64,000 nucleotides of DNA, taken from Carcharhinus longimanus. Its lineage: Eukaryota. Location of the stretch: NCBI GenBank assembly GCA_030264375.1, contig JASCQW010000190.1, positions 34,620,745 to 34,684,744 of the forward strand, given 5' to 3'. The number at the start of each line of letters is the position of its first letter. The first letter of the stretch is position 1. The notes beneath the pieces are model-generated. The model ran no database searches and was not told the DNA's origin. It saw only the letters and a list, made by a program, of their open reading frames with translations. The translations under genes and the position numbers were made by a program. This document shows positions 1 through 11,762 of this stretch, piece after piece.

Positions 1-852
1 TCTAGGATTGCAATGGAATCTTGATCAATTGGGCCAGTGGGTTGATGGAGTTTAATTTAGATAAATGCAAAGTGGTGCATTTTGGTAGATCAAACCAGGG
101 CAGGACTTACTCAATTAATGGTAAGGCATTGGGGAGAGTTATAGAACTAAGAGATCTAAGAGTACAGGTTCATAGCTCCTTGAAAGTGGAGTCACAGATG
201 GGCAGGGTGCTGAAGAAGGCATCTGGCATGCTTGGTTTCGTTGGTCAGAACTCTGAATACAGGAGTTGGGACATCTTGTTGAAGTTGTAAAAGACGTTGG
301 TAAGGCCACATTTGGAACACTGTGTACAATTCTGGTCACCCTATTATAGAAATGATGTTATTAAACTAGAAAGAGTGCCAGAAGGATTTACTAGGATGCT
401 ACTGGGACTTGATGGTTTGAGTTATAACAAGAGGCTGGATAGACTGGGACTCTTTTCCTGGAGCATAGGAGACTTAGGGTTGATCTTATAGAGGTCTACA
501 AAATAATGAGGGGCATAAATAAGGTCAATATTTTTTCCCAACAGTAGGGGAGTCTAAAACTAGAGGGCATAGCTTTAAGGTGAGAGGGGAGAGATACAAA
601 AGGGTCTAGAAGGGCAATTTTTTCACACAGAAGATTGTGAGTGTTTGGAACCAGATGTCAGAGGTAGTAGTAGTGGCAGGTACAATTTTGACTTTTAAAA
701 AGCATTTAGATAGTTACATGGGTAAGAATTGTACAGAGGGATAGGGGCCAAATGTGGCTAATTGGGATCAGCTTAATGGTAAAAACTGGATGGATTGGAC
801 AAGTTGGGCTGAAGGGCTTGTTTCCATGCTGTAAATCTCAATTACTCTATGA
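1..852 (+). mobile_element. CR1-clade LINE 3' fragment (RT C-terminus and 3' UTR), degenerate
   Basis: ORFs 21-290 and 297-491 give FNLDKCKVVHFGRSNQ and LVRPHLEHCVQFWSPYY..DVIKLERV, typical of the CR1 ORF2 C-terminus; ends in gggctgaagggcttgtttccatgctgtaa...ctctatgac. Confidence 0.9.
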
Positions 853-859
853 CATTATA

Positions 860-1165
860 AGTCACTAAGGCTCCTTAGGCAGCAATATCCATGCCCACAG
901 CACCTACTATCTAGAAGAACAAGGGCAGCAGACACATGGGAACACCACCACTTGGAGGTTCTCCTTCAAGTCATTTACCATCCTGACTTGGAAATACATT
1001 ACCGTTCCTGCACTGTCACTGGGTCAACATCCCAGAACTCTCTCCCCAACAGCACAGTGGATTTACCTGAACCAAAGGGACAGCAGTTTACCACCACCAT
1101 CTCAGGGGACAGTTAGGGATGGGTAATGAATGCTGGCCAGGTCCACATCTCAAGAAAAAAATAAA
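860..1165 (+). mobile_element. 3' end of a second CR1/L2-like LINE family
   Basis: Tail gggacagttagggatgggtaatgaatgctggcc...cacatc recurs at about 58410-58465 (+) and about 6060-6400 (-). Confidence 0.6.
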
Positions 1166-1239
1166 AACTAATTCATGTAGTTTACCATCAAATGTTATTG
1201 CCTCCTAAAACATTGCAGATTGTGTTAATTTGGATAACA

Positions 1240-1497
1240 TAGCAGGGACTCGGGTTCGATTCCCAGCTTGGATCACTGTTCATGTGGAGTCTGCACATTC
1301 TCCCTGTGTCTGCGTGGGTTTACTCCTGGAGATCTGATTTCTTCCCATAGTCTGAAGGACGTGCTGGTTATGTGCATTGGCCATGCTAAATTCTCCCTCA
1401 ATGTACCCAGACAGGCATCGGAGCCTGGCGCCCAGATTTTCACAGTAGCTTCATTGCAGTGTTAATGTGAGCCTACTTGTGGCAATAATAAATAAAG
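1240..1497 (+). mobile_element. tRNA-derived shark SINE (HE1/V-SINE-like), 5'-truncated
   Basis: B-box gggttcgattccc, conserved body ggatcactgt..gtggagtctgcacattctcc, tail cacagtagcttcattgcagtgttaatgtgagcctacttgtg..aataaa. Confidence 0.9.
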
Positions 1498-1874
1498 CAT
1501 AATTGTGTTGCTTTTCTTACCGATTTCTGTGTTTGTATTTAGGTTCCTGTAATTCTGCCAGTGGTATTTGACTGAGCTTCTTTTCGATGGTAAATTTAAA
1601 CCAGACATTGGACCAGAGTTCAACTCAGCTGGCTGGCCCCACCAGGATGGAACAGCAAATTAACAATTGGAAGTGCGAGACTCTGGGAGCCTTCCATCAT
1701 TTAGGGAGCACAGCCAAAGGAGCCACAGACCGCGCCCCCCCCCCCCCACCCCCAAAGTTTTATCATGACAACATCGCAGAGCTGTTGGTGACAGAGTGGG
1801 GAGGGGGGGGGGGCGCGTCACAATGATCATACTGGGTGGAGGAAAGCGATCACTTTTCAGAAGAGAAATGACTT

Positions 1875-1961
1875 ATGGAAATGGGAGGCACTTGCCCAGA
1901 CTGGATTGACGGCAAGAGCGCGCGAGTTCTTAAAGTCAGCAACGAGAGGGAGAAGTGCCGG
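1875..1961 (+). CDS. Candidate first coding exon of C16orf78/DUF4638-like gene (MEMGGTCPDWIDGKSARVLKVSNEREKCR)
   Basis: ATG at 1875; donor CGG|gtaggt at 1961/1962 is phase 0 and matches the phase-0 acceptor at 14778. The spliced junction EKCRLLKTTRALEHL resembles recalled human C16orf78 EDRRMSDLTCVLEWL. Locally GC/CpG-richer, non-repeat sequence. Confidence 0.45.
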
Positions 1962-2134
1962 GTAGGTATGACTCTGGGAGGGAAAAAGAGGTGCGTTACT
2001 GTGGACACAGGCATGGACCTGCCCCTGCACCTTCTGCTATTATTATTCATGATAACTGCAAGAACACCCCTCTGGGGAAAATCCCAATGTATTTTCTTAT
2101 TAAGGGGCTGTGTTGAAAGAACTAACTCTGTTGT

Positions 2135-2325
2135 AGTAAGTCCTGGAAATACTCAGGAGGTCTGGCAGCATCTGTGGGCAGATACATCAGGGGTGGAGTG
2201 TCATATTGGGAAGAAATTAGATTGGACTCAAGATGTTAACTCGTTTTCTCTGTCCACAGATGCTGCCGGATCCGCTGAGTATTTCCAGCAACCTTTGTTT
2301 CGATTTCAGATTTCCAGCGTTTTGA
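2135..2325. mobile_element. Penelope-associated palindromic terminal-repeat element, degenerate
   Basis: ctggaaatactcagga..ggcagcatctgtgg is inverted relative to ccacagatgctgccggatccgctgagtatttccag; same family as 48275-48490. Confidence 0.65.
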
Positions 2326-2451
2326 TTTTATTTAAAAATAGCGTGGTCTAAGATAGAAAAAAAATCAACTGAGGAACCATGAACTGCCAACTGTCTGTGT
2401 GGCAGATATCCTTTGTTACATCACAGTAGGTATGGCAACAAATAAACATTT

Positions 2452-2735
2452 CAGCATGGTGGCACAGTGGTTAGCACTGCTGCCTTACAGCGCCAGGGAC
2501 CTGGGTTCAATTCCTGGTTTGGGTCACTGCCAGTGTGGAGTCTGCATGTTCTCCCCATGTCTGTGTGGGTTTCCTTTGCTTGCTCTGGTTTCCTTCCACA
2601 GTCTGAAAAATATGGTGGTTAGGTACAGTGACCTGAACAGGTGCTGGAGTGTGGCAACCAGGGGAATTTCACAGTAACTTCACTGCAGTGTATTAGTCAC
2701 AAGTGTAAGCCTACTTGTGACTAATAAATTAACTT
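2452..2735 (+). mobile_element. tRNA-derived shark SINE, full length
   Basis: A-box ggtggcacagtggttagcactgctgcc, B-box gggttcaattcc, tail cagtaacttcactgcagtg...tacttgtgactaataaa. Confidence 0.92.
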
Positions 2736-3065
2736 TGTTTTAACTTCTTCCATTACAGAGTCAGAGAATAGTTACAGTGCAAAGAAAGGCCATTCAGCCC
2801 ATTATGTATCTGCTAACTCTATTTGACATCCCACTCTTTTCTCCTTATCCCTGCAAAACTTTTCCTTTCAGATGCTTATCCAATTTCCTTTTGAAACCCA
2901 CACTCCCAGGCCAGGTATTCTATGTCTGATGTCCAGCAAGGATTTTCATTTCTCCTCTGATTCCCTTGGCTAATTATCTTGTATGTGCCATCTGGTACTC
3001 CACCCTTCCGCAAAACAGCCTACATTTCCACATGCTTTTTTTCTAACCTGCCAATAGACTCAAAG

Positions 3066-3180
3066 GATGGGATTTTCCATCCACAGTTGCTCGAAGGCCA
3101 GAAAATCCCACGGACCTTTGTATGGTCCGTGTCCCGCCCGCTACAGTTCCCATGGTGGGCAGGATGGGAAATTCTGCCCA
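3066..3180. mobile_element. Short MITE (Harbinger-like terminal inverted repeats)
   Basis: ggatgggattttcc ... gggaaattctgccc; related copies at about 14020, 15137, 15780, 37940 and 57955. Confidence 0.55.
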
Positions 3181-6100
3181 AAGTGTTTTCACCTGCAAAA
3201 ATAAGAATACCTTTCAAATAATCACTATTATTAGCAATCATGCAGGCAGATGTCCATATGCCATCTGCTTTGTTTTAGGTTATGTATTTTCATTTCAGTA
3301 GCACCACATTGAAAAACTCCCCACATATAGCTGAGCTGGCCTCTGCTTCCACCTGAGCCATAATACATATACTTATACTATGAAGACTTTATTGCATGCT
3401 AAACAATCTCATTTTACAAATCTATCTCGTTATTACATGATCTTTGTAGAGATTGTTAACATTTTTTAAAAATTCCAATACCTAGTGGTAAAGAAAAAAA
3501 CACACCACACGATTTCACGTTTTTAATTAAAAACAAATTTGGCTGTATTCAACAAAAATTAAGTAAAGTGCGCACTACTAACAACACTATAGTTTGTTAA
3601 GGCTTTGAATATAATCACTTCTCCTTTTGGAATTCACCAAATATGCCACAGCTCTCTGGATTTCACCTTAATTTTTTCTCAGTATACCAGTTATTCTCCA
3701 AGATTTGAGATTTCCAGGGGATCCTTCCAATCATTTTAATAAGCAATCTTCCAACTCCTTCCCAAAATCTCATGACTTTGGACCTCCCAGCTCAAGCAAG
3801 ATGCTTTTTATCATTATGAGGATTACTCTTGATGTCTTAGTCATGTTCCAAGTTGGGAAATCTTCTAACCTCTTTCCCCACACAAACTGTGGCTCCAGAT
3901 GGAACTCAAGCTCCCATCCAAATTATGTGTGATGAGCAATTAATTTTGTATTTTCTGTGATTAAGATGCATATCCTGCCAACATTTATCTATTTTGCTCT
4001 CTTGACTCAGAAAGTTGCAACTATTTCTGCCTGCTCCTAAACTGAACTGTTGACTGCCTATTTCTGTAATAAACGCACACACAGATGAATGAAACCAATA
4101 CAACATTCCTGACCCCCACAGTCCATCTCCAAGGCAATGTGGTATACTTGGGATGTCTCAAAGAGAAATATTAACAGAAATGTAAATTAAAAAGGGTTTC
4201 CTCATTGTGCTTCTAAATGCCCTAGGTCTATTTGTTGTGCTGGCTACATCATGAATAACTTAGGCTACAGATCACCTGCTCAGTCACTTTTCCCTGTGCC
4301 TGTATAGGAGAGATGGGCAAGGACCTAGAGACAATAATCATTCAAAAGTCTTCAGGAAGCAAAATAGATTGAAAATGTAATTTTTTGTTGAATGAGTTTT
4401 TGAAGGGTGTGTTATTGCCACTTCTGAAAATGAGGGGTTAGTGCCTGGGAAACAGGAATCTCCCCAGTATGAGCCACCAGAAGGCTATAATGGGAAATTG
4501 GGTAGTCAGCTGTTTAGCAGAAGGGGTTGAGGGAACAGTTGGTGGATCTCATTGATCAGATGAGCTCAGAGAGGGCATAGGAGTTTCATTTATTAATGTA
4601 TCGCTACATTAACACTGCAATGAAGTGAATATCTCTTAGTCACCACACTCTGGCATTTGTTCAGGTACACTGAGGGAGAATTTAGCATGGTCATTGCATC
4701 TAGGGGCACAAAGGGTTTGGTGGGATGGGAAGGTTTGACATTGTGAGGAAAGAAGGTGGGAAGCAAGAAGAAGCACCTGCAGAGATGTACTCCATCTTGA
4801 GAGTCAAAGAAATTTTTGTAATTGATCCTAGAGGTGATAGGTGCAGAAGAACAAAGTTGGACATATACCAATGGTGAAATAAAGCTTGAGATTATCTTTG
4901 CCCTCAGGATGATTGTAGACCAGTACAAAGCTTAGGCAGAGGAGTTCTTAAAAGGTTTCCAGCCATTTCTGTTGGTGGATGGTTGGAATTGAATGGGTGA
5001 AAATGGGGATCAGAGAAGTGTCATAGAGCATGTTCTTCCTCCTCAATCATCTGGTCCACATTGCTGGATGATTCTGCAGGAAGATAAAAATGAGTGAGCA
5101 CAGCCCTCTTGGATTAAAGCGACAAAGAAGGATGTGGTGGTTTCTGGCTCTCTACTGCTTAAAAGGTGCATCCAATCCATGACCTGCATGTTGCCACCAA
5201 TCTCTCCATCTCCCATGGATAGAAGGGAGTTCCAACCCAGTGACTCTGTTGCTTGATTTTCAGAGAAGCTTCAATTTTCTGATGTTGGAGCTACTCAATC
5301 GCGTTTTCACACACATTGCGCACACTTGTCCCTGTAAGATTAAGTGAATTTGGTTAGCAGCTGAGGGATGTCTTCCAGATGGCATCAGGTTGCTGTAATG
5401 GATCTGTTGTTAATACGCTGTTTGAATGGAGAAAGGAGTATCAACCTTCTATACATATATAATTGCTGTTGGAGAAAATTTTGATAGATATATTGTCACA
5501 TACAGAGTTAGCAAACCCCATATTTACATTGCCATATAAATAGTTACTTGTTCAGCTTCTAATTCTAGAAGGTGTTGTAGATGCCCAAGATACCAAGTGG
5601 TGTTGGTATTTATTCTCCACATGAGTATTTTTCCTCTACAGTGTTCTGGGGCTGAGAATGGGGGCACTTAATGCCGAGAACACCTCCCTTTGTGCCGGAT
5701 TGCAGAGATTTCTGTCGTTGCCTCCCATGGAAACTCAGCAATCTTTGTCTTCTTTCTACATTTCATCCAGGAGGGTCAACCTTATGTTGTTCTGTTCTGC
5801 CTCTTCTTTCACTGCCCACCTCCCTTTCTATTGATGTTTCAGTTAGATTCTCCAATGAAAGGTATGCTTTAAAAGTGTCACAGATATTCACATCTGCACT
5901 GCATACTTGACAGTTACTTCAGCTTTTCAAAATGTTCACTAGATTCTTCCACTTACCTCTCTCCGCTCCCACCTCAGTGCTGAATTAACAAACCTTCTAG
6001 ATTTCTTAAAGCTCAACTGTTAACACTTCTGTTCCCTTCCAGCGGAAATTCTGCCATTTTAATTCATCCATGGGATATAAGCATCACTGCAGTGTCAATA

Positions 6101-6899
6101 TATATTGTCCATCCGTAACTACCCTTGAGAAGGTGGTGATGAGCTGCTGCCTTGAAGAACTGCAGTCTTGTGGCAGCTCTACAGGAGATGGGGTAGAAAA
6201 CTGCACGAATTTGACCCATTGATGATGAAGGAACAGTTGATACATTTCCAAGGCAGGATGGCCTCTGAGCTGGAGGGGAACTTAAAGGCGGTGGTGTTTC
6301 CATGCACCTGCTAGTTGTTGTTCTTTGGTTTGTAGAGGTTGTGGTTTTGGGAGGTGCTAATGAAGGAGCCTTAACAAGTCACTGCAGTGCATCTTGTAGA
6401 TGTGTCTTTAAAAAGTACCTTTCACTGATATATAGCTTTGTCAGTAACCCATGAATGTACATTATTTTTATAACATACCAACAACATTGTTAAACATAAA
6501 TATCCAGTTGCATTTTCTGTGCTTGTATCTTGTCTAAAAGTATTCCCCATCCACTCCCCTGGAGGTCTGTCCCACTTTAGGCTCCTGGGACCTGAATTTT
6601 GCTATCGCCTCCATCAGCCATCAGCCAACATAGGCCTTCCTAAATGAATAAACTCAATCAGGTAATAGACCGCACATTGGAGCAGAGGGGGTGGATATAG
6701 TTCCCCAGGGCTTCCTTTCTGACTTGGAACAGAGCCATTCATTCATAGAACATGCTCGAATTGTTATTTGCAACTCCTTTCTCCAGTCTAACGACAGAAA
6801 ATGATTTCCAACACTGAAGTTCAGAGATATTTTGAAGGCAGCTGCGACTTCTTTGGCAAAACATTAGAAAATTTAATAGGGCATAGAATTTATAGTTAA

Positions 6900-7350
6900 A
6901 CTTCAGATGGATAGGCTTGGGTTGTTTTCTTTGGAGCAGAGAAGACTGAGAGGTGATCTGACCCTGGTGTACAAGATTATGAGACACATGTACAGAATGG
7001 ATAAAGACCAGCTGTTTCCCCTTAGTTAAAGGGTCAGGCACAAAGGGACATAGGTTCAAGGTGAGGGGCAGGAGGTTTATAGGGAATATGAGGAAAAATG
7101 TTTTTACCCAGAGGGTGGTGACGGTCTGGAATGCGTTGCCTGAGAGGGTAGAAGAGGTGAGTTGTCACATATTCTTTAAAAAGTATCTGGATGAGTACTT
7201 GGCACATGCCATAAAATTCAAGTCTATGGGCCAAATGCTGGCAGATGGGATTAGTTGGGAGTTCTGGTCTTTCTAATGTGTCAGTGAAGACTCAATGGGC
7301 TGAAAGGCCACTTCTGCACTGTATGATTCTGTGATTCTATGATTCTATGA
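6900..7350 (+). mobile_element. CR1 LINE 3' fragment
   Basis: ORF 7061-7276 (MRKNVFTQRVVTVWNALPERV..FKKYLDEYL) and a (gattctat)n tail. Confidence 0.9.
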
Positions 7351-7768
7351 AATGTTAGTGGAAGTTAATTTCAGGTAACTTTTTCACGGGTAAAAATATT
7401 GATTAAGGGCAAATAATAATTGACAATATAATAAAATTGTAAATACATTGTGCAGAACCTGTTGTGCTACACCTTTAAGAGATGTGGTTATGTTTCTCAT
7501 GTACAGGGATGTGATGTAACATGCCATGTAATCTCTGCATGTTTGCAATATGAAGAACGTTCTTGTAACAATGATGATTTATATATACATGCAGAACCAT
7601 CCTTGAATAAAGAATCCACCTTACTGACCATCTTGAATGGTCTGTGTCATGTCCACGGTAGCAGCTATCTCAGAGGTTAAGAAAACACAACATGATGGCA
7701 GCATATAAGAATTTTTCAACACCTCACCTTTTTAAGTACTCTTCTATGCACTTTTGCAGAAATGCTAG

Positions 7769-8490
7769 TGTGATGGTACAGTGCTTTTTGATATATTTTA
7801 TATTTAAGGGGAGACTGAATTAAATTGCAGTGTTTTTCTGCAGAGAATCAGCTTTTTGGGGAGGAATGCAGCAGATGCAGGGTATTTACTCAATTTAGCC
7901 ATGTAACTGTTTATTTAGCAGAAGGCTGAAAGTTTTTTTTAATCAAAGTAATAAGGTGAGTTAGGCATACAGGAATAGAGTCATGTGATATTAGAAATGG
8001 GAGGAGCTGTGCTTGTAGCAGATAAGAAGTTTAATTTGCATTTCAAGAAGGGCAGTTGCTGACTGTAGCTGGTTAAAGGCTGAAGCCTGGAGGCTGTCTC
8101 TCTGGAAAAGACCTCTTTGAAAGCTCCAAGTCTGTGAAAGCAAATCAAAGCAAATATGCCTGGACTTACTACCATTCTTAAAGAGGGTTTAAGTCTATAA
8201 GATAAATCTTGCTTAGTTGGAACTAAAAATTAAAAAGTTAGAAGCTAAGAGTTTGTTTCAATTCATGTTTAAAGATTCAATGGTTAACAGTTAAACTGTT
8301 TCATTTTGTTAGAGGTATATTTAAACTGTGTTAGCAATAAAGCTTGCNNNNNNNNNNNNNNNNNTTCTTAATTTGTCAGTGGAATCACTCCTTAGGTGAA
8401 GTATTCTTCCCTCACATTTATACTAAAATAGAAAAATTATTGGGGTCCAGTCTGGCTCCACAATGTACCTTGGGGTCTCTGATCTTAACA
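7769..8490 (+). mobile_element. Solo LTR inserted in element A
   Basis: Begins TGTGATGG, ends TAACA, flanked by an exact 4-bp TSD ctag (7765-7768 and 8491-8494); internal aataaa at about 8336. Confidence 0.7.
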
Positions 8491-8875
8491 CTAGCCACAA
8501 AGATTGCCAATTCCAAGAGGGTTTTAAGACTCTGAATATTAGTTCCATTGCTTCATACAACAGCAGCAGCATATGCAACTGCGTAAGCTCATGTACACCT
8601 GAATTCAAGGTTGAGCAGTTAACATACTACAATTAGCCTCATATTCACCGAGATTCTAAGAGTCAGACTTCTCACTTTGGCATCAATTAGGGAAGATTGG
8701 AACATGCAGGGAAAAGAGCAGAGTAATTCCATGATCAAACAGATCACCCTGTGTGTTGAGAGAATCCGTGCCTTCTCAAGATAGTGGGCTACCAGATCAA
8801 TGGCAAAAACTGGCAAACCATAGGGCAGGATTTTATGGCCGCTCCTGCCTGCTGGGATAATACAGTTCCTATGTT

Positions 8876-9110
8876 AGAACATAAGAACATAAGAACATAA
8901 GAAATAGGAGCAGGAGTAGGCCATCTAGCCCTTCNNNNNNNNNNNNNNNNNNNNNNNNNNNNNNNNNNNNNNNNNNNNNNNNNNNNNNNNNNNNNNNNNN
9001 NNNNNNNNNNNNNNNNNNNNNNNNNNNNNNNNNNTTTATTCAGCCTCTCCTCATAGCTCAACCCCCTCAACTCCGGTATCAGCCTAGTAAACCTCCTCTG
9101 CACTCCCTCC
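8876..9110 (-). mobile_element. Young CR1 LINE 3' end spanning an assembly gap
   Basis: EGVQRRFTRLIPELRGLSYEERL on -; tail seen as (aagaacat)n on +. Confidence 0.85.
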
Positions 9111-11451
9111 ATGGGTGTTTTGAATACGGATTCCCAGTCCAGGATACGGTATAAAAGGTGGGGGCTTGTACATATGTTTCAGAGCTGCCAAGCATCTAAG
9201 GACATCAGAAGAGCATGTGGTGTCAAGGGTCACTGGAAACACCAGTATCAGAAAGCCAAACCAGGCTCCACGGATAAGAATTATGATGATTGTCAGCAGA
9301 TTGTAAGAAGACTTCACTCCCTGGCAAGCTTAGCAGTGATCTTCCACATTGTAACAGATACAAACTCAAGATTGCAAATGAAACCAATCCCAAGTCCCAG
9401 TAGGCAAGTGGAACAGTCATCTCATGTTGTCAGTTTCAATGAACACATTGAATTGATTACTCCACCAAAGCCAATTTGTGTTCTATGGCCAAAAAAGGAA
9501 GGTATAGAGGAGTTCTGGGTACAGGTGGACTTGGGTGCCAGTGAAAATATTTTTCTGCCCTGCATACTAAAGGATATGTATCCGAGTAAATGACGAGCCA
9601 TGCTAACACTGACAGATACCCAAATGATTACATACAATGGTGCATTAATTCTGTATTTAGGGCCCATCAAGATTAATTGCAAATATAAACAATTGTAATG
9701 CCCAAGGCTTTTACATTGTTCAAATGCCTGGAGCTGTTATTGCAAGATTACAGGCATTGCAGGGATTTGAACCTGGTAACAATACATGACATTGATCATC
9801 ACCATGGGAGAGAGACAAGAAAAGAGGAACAGCAGGCGATCAACTGCCTCAAGGCAGATAAGGAGAAGTACAGGAAGAGATTAGAAAATTGAATTCAACA
9901 AAGGAAGGAGTCAGAGGAAAAATATGAAGAATTAAAGCAGAAAAGTGATGAAATCAATGTTGCGGAAGGTAAACTTCAAAGTAACCTTAAGTTTATGGAA
10001 ATGCAACTCTAACAATTAGAAGATTTACATGATTAACAGTGCATTTACTGACAGAAGAAGGTGAGCCACGTACAGTATCCTGTAACTGGTACATGGAGTA
10101 GTACACAAATTTCCAGGGTTCAACTCGAACCAAGTTCATTTGAAGTTATTACTTCTACTGGTACTATGTTGCATCGGAATAGATGTCAGATCACAACAGC
10201 CCATAATCCCAGACTGATGAAAGACTATTGCAAACCAAAAATGATTGAAGGTGAAATCTCAGGCAGAGTCTACACATTTTACTGCCACAGAAAAGAGTCC
10301 AAAAATGTGTGGGCTGAGTGGATTGGCTATGTTAAAATGCCTTTAGTGTCTCAATATGTGTAGGTTCGGGGATATGCCATGCAAATATGTGGGGTTAAGG
10401 AAAAGGGTGTGGGAGAGGGCCTGGATAAGATACCCTGTGAGGAAGTCAGTGTAGACTTGATGGGCTGAATGGTCTTTTCTGCACTACAGGGATTCTATGA
10501 TCCTTGCCAAACTATTCTAGATTCTGAGGACTTTTCTTATGACTGATGAGTCTACGTGTTCCTGTTACTGTTTTGTACCATGTATATTCACCACCTATAA
10601 CTGTTGTTGAATTGTACATAGTTAACTTTTATCTATTTAAGAGAGTATTTTTTATTTTGAGAAAGGGGAATGTTCTGCTACATCTTGTTGTAAGTCTGCT
10701 AATTACAGCTCAGTAGGTCTCAAAAAGTGTTCATAGGCATATGTAGGTTAACTTTAAGTCCTTACTGAAACTATTCACAAATATACATTAAAGGGTATAA
10801 GCTAAGAAATGTTTCTGTGCTTGCTGGTACACACAGCTCTGTCCAACACCAGAGTGGCTCTGGATGTGGATAATGTGCTTTTTTACATCACTATGTAAGC
10901 AGTATTGTTCTCAATCCCACATTAAGCCAATATGCGCTAAATCTTTATCATACAACTACCCCAAGTTTTTATTCAATGTATTTTAAGTGAGTATAGTTTG
11001 CCTTATGGATTATATTATTATTACTGTCATTCATTTATATTGTTATTACTACATTATCGGAACCCCATTTTTCCACTTCACATCTTTAAATTCAAAGGTT
11101 CAGACAGCCTGGAGGCTTTATAACCCTTCCATATTTCATTGCAATATTGTCAGAGGAGGGGTAGGCTCTGTCGCTGCTGCTGGTTCTTCCTGTAGGTTTG
11201 GAGGTTGTTCAGATACCTGATTTTGTTTTCATCCTTTTCTTCCATTCCTTCATGTTGAACTGCACTTGTTGGGTTCAGCTATTGACTGGTCAGTAGTTGA
11301 TACCCTAGTTCATTTTTTTGCAGGTGGACAAACATTATGCTCATTCAACCCCTTGGCATTTCTTTCACTTCCTCCAACATCATGTAGGTCATTGCAACGT
11401 ATGTGGGAGCTTACATTTCAAAAATGGAAACCTTCATTCCCACTTGTTTCA

Positions 11452-11762
11452 CAGCATGGTGGCACAGTGGATAGCAGTGCTGCCTCACAGTGCCAGGGAC
11501 CCGGGTTCGATTCCCAGCTTGGATCACTGTCTGTGAAGTTTGTACATTCTCCCTCTGTCTACGTGGGTTTCCTCCAGGTGCTCCAGTTCCCTCCCATAGT
11601 CCAAAGATGTGCGGGTTAGGTTGAACAGACATGCTAAATTGACCCTAGTGTTAGGGGATTAACAGGTAAATATGTGGGGTTGCAGAAATAGGGTCTGGGT
11701 GAGACTGTGGTCAGTGCAGACTCAATGAGCCAAATGGCCTTCTTCTGCACTGTGGGAATTCT
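11452..11762 (+). mobile_element. HE1-type SINE with CR1-like tail, inside element B
   Basis: A and B boxes plus tail atgagccaaatggccttcttctgcactgtgggaattct. Confidence 0.9.

Noticed and set aside
1815-1965. Alternative frame FQKRNDLWKWEAL..REFLK resembling the C16orf78 N-terminus
   Set aside because: No in-frame ATG after an upstream stop, and its donor phase does not match exon 14778.
2399-2677. Recurring MVAQWLALLPHSARD.. ORFs (also 11318, 25549, 39353, 56533)
   Set aside because: Translations of the tRNA-derived SINE head; not genes and not intact tRNAs.
8876-8901. Short tandem repeats (aagaacat)n, (gattctat)n, (caaat)n as CRISPR-like arrays
   Set aside because: These are LINE 3' microsatellite tails without spacers, in eukaryotic DNA.
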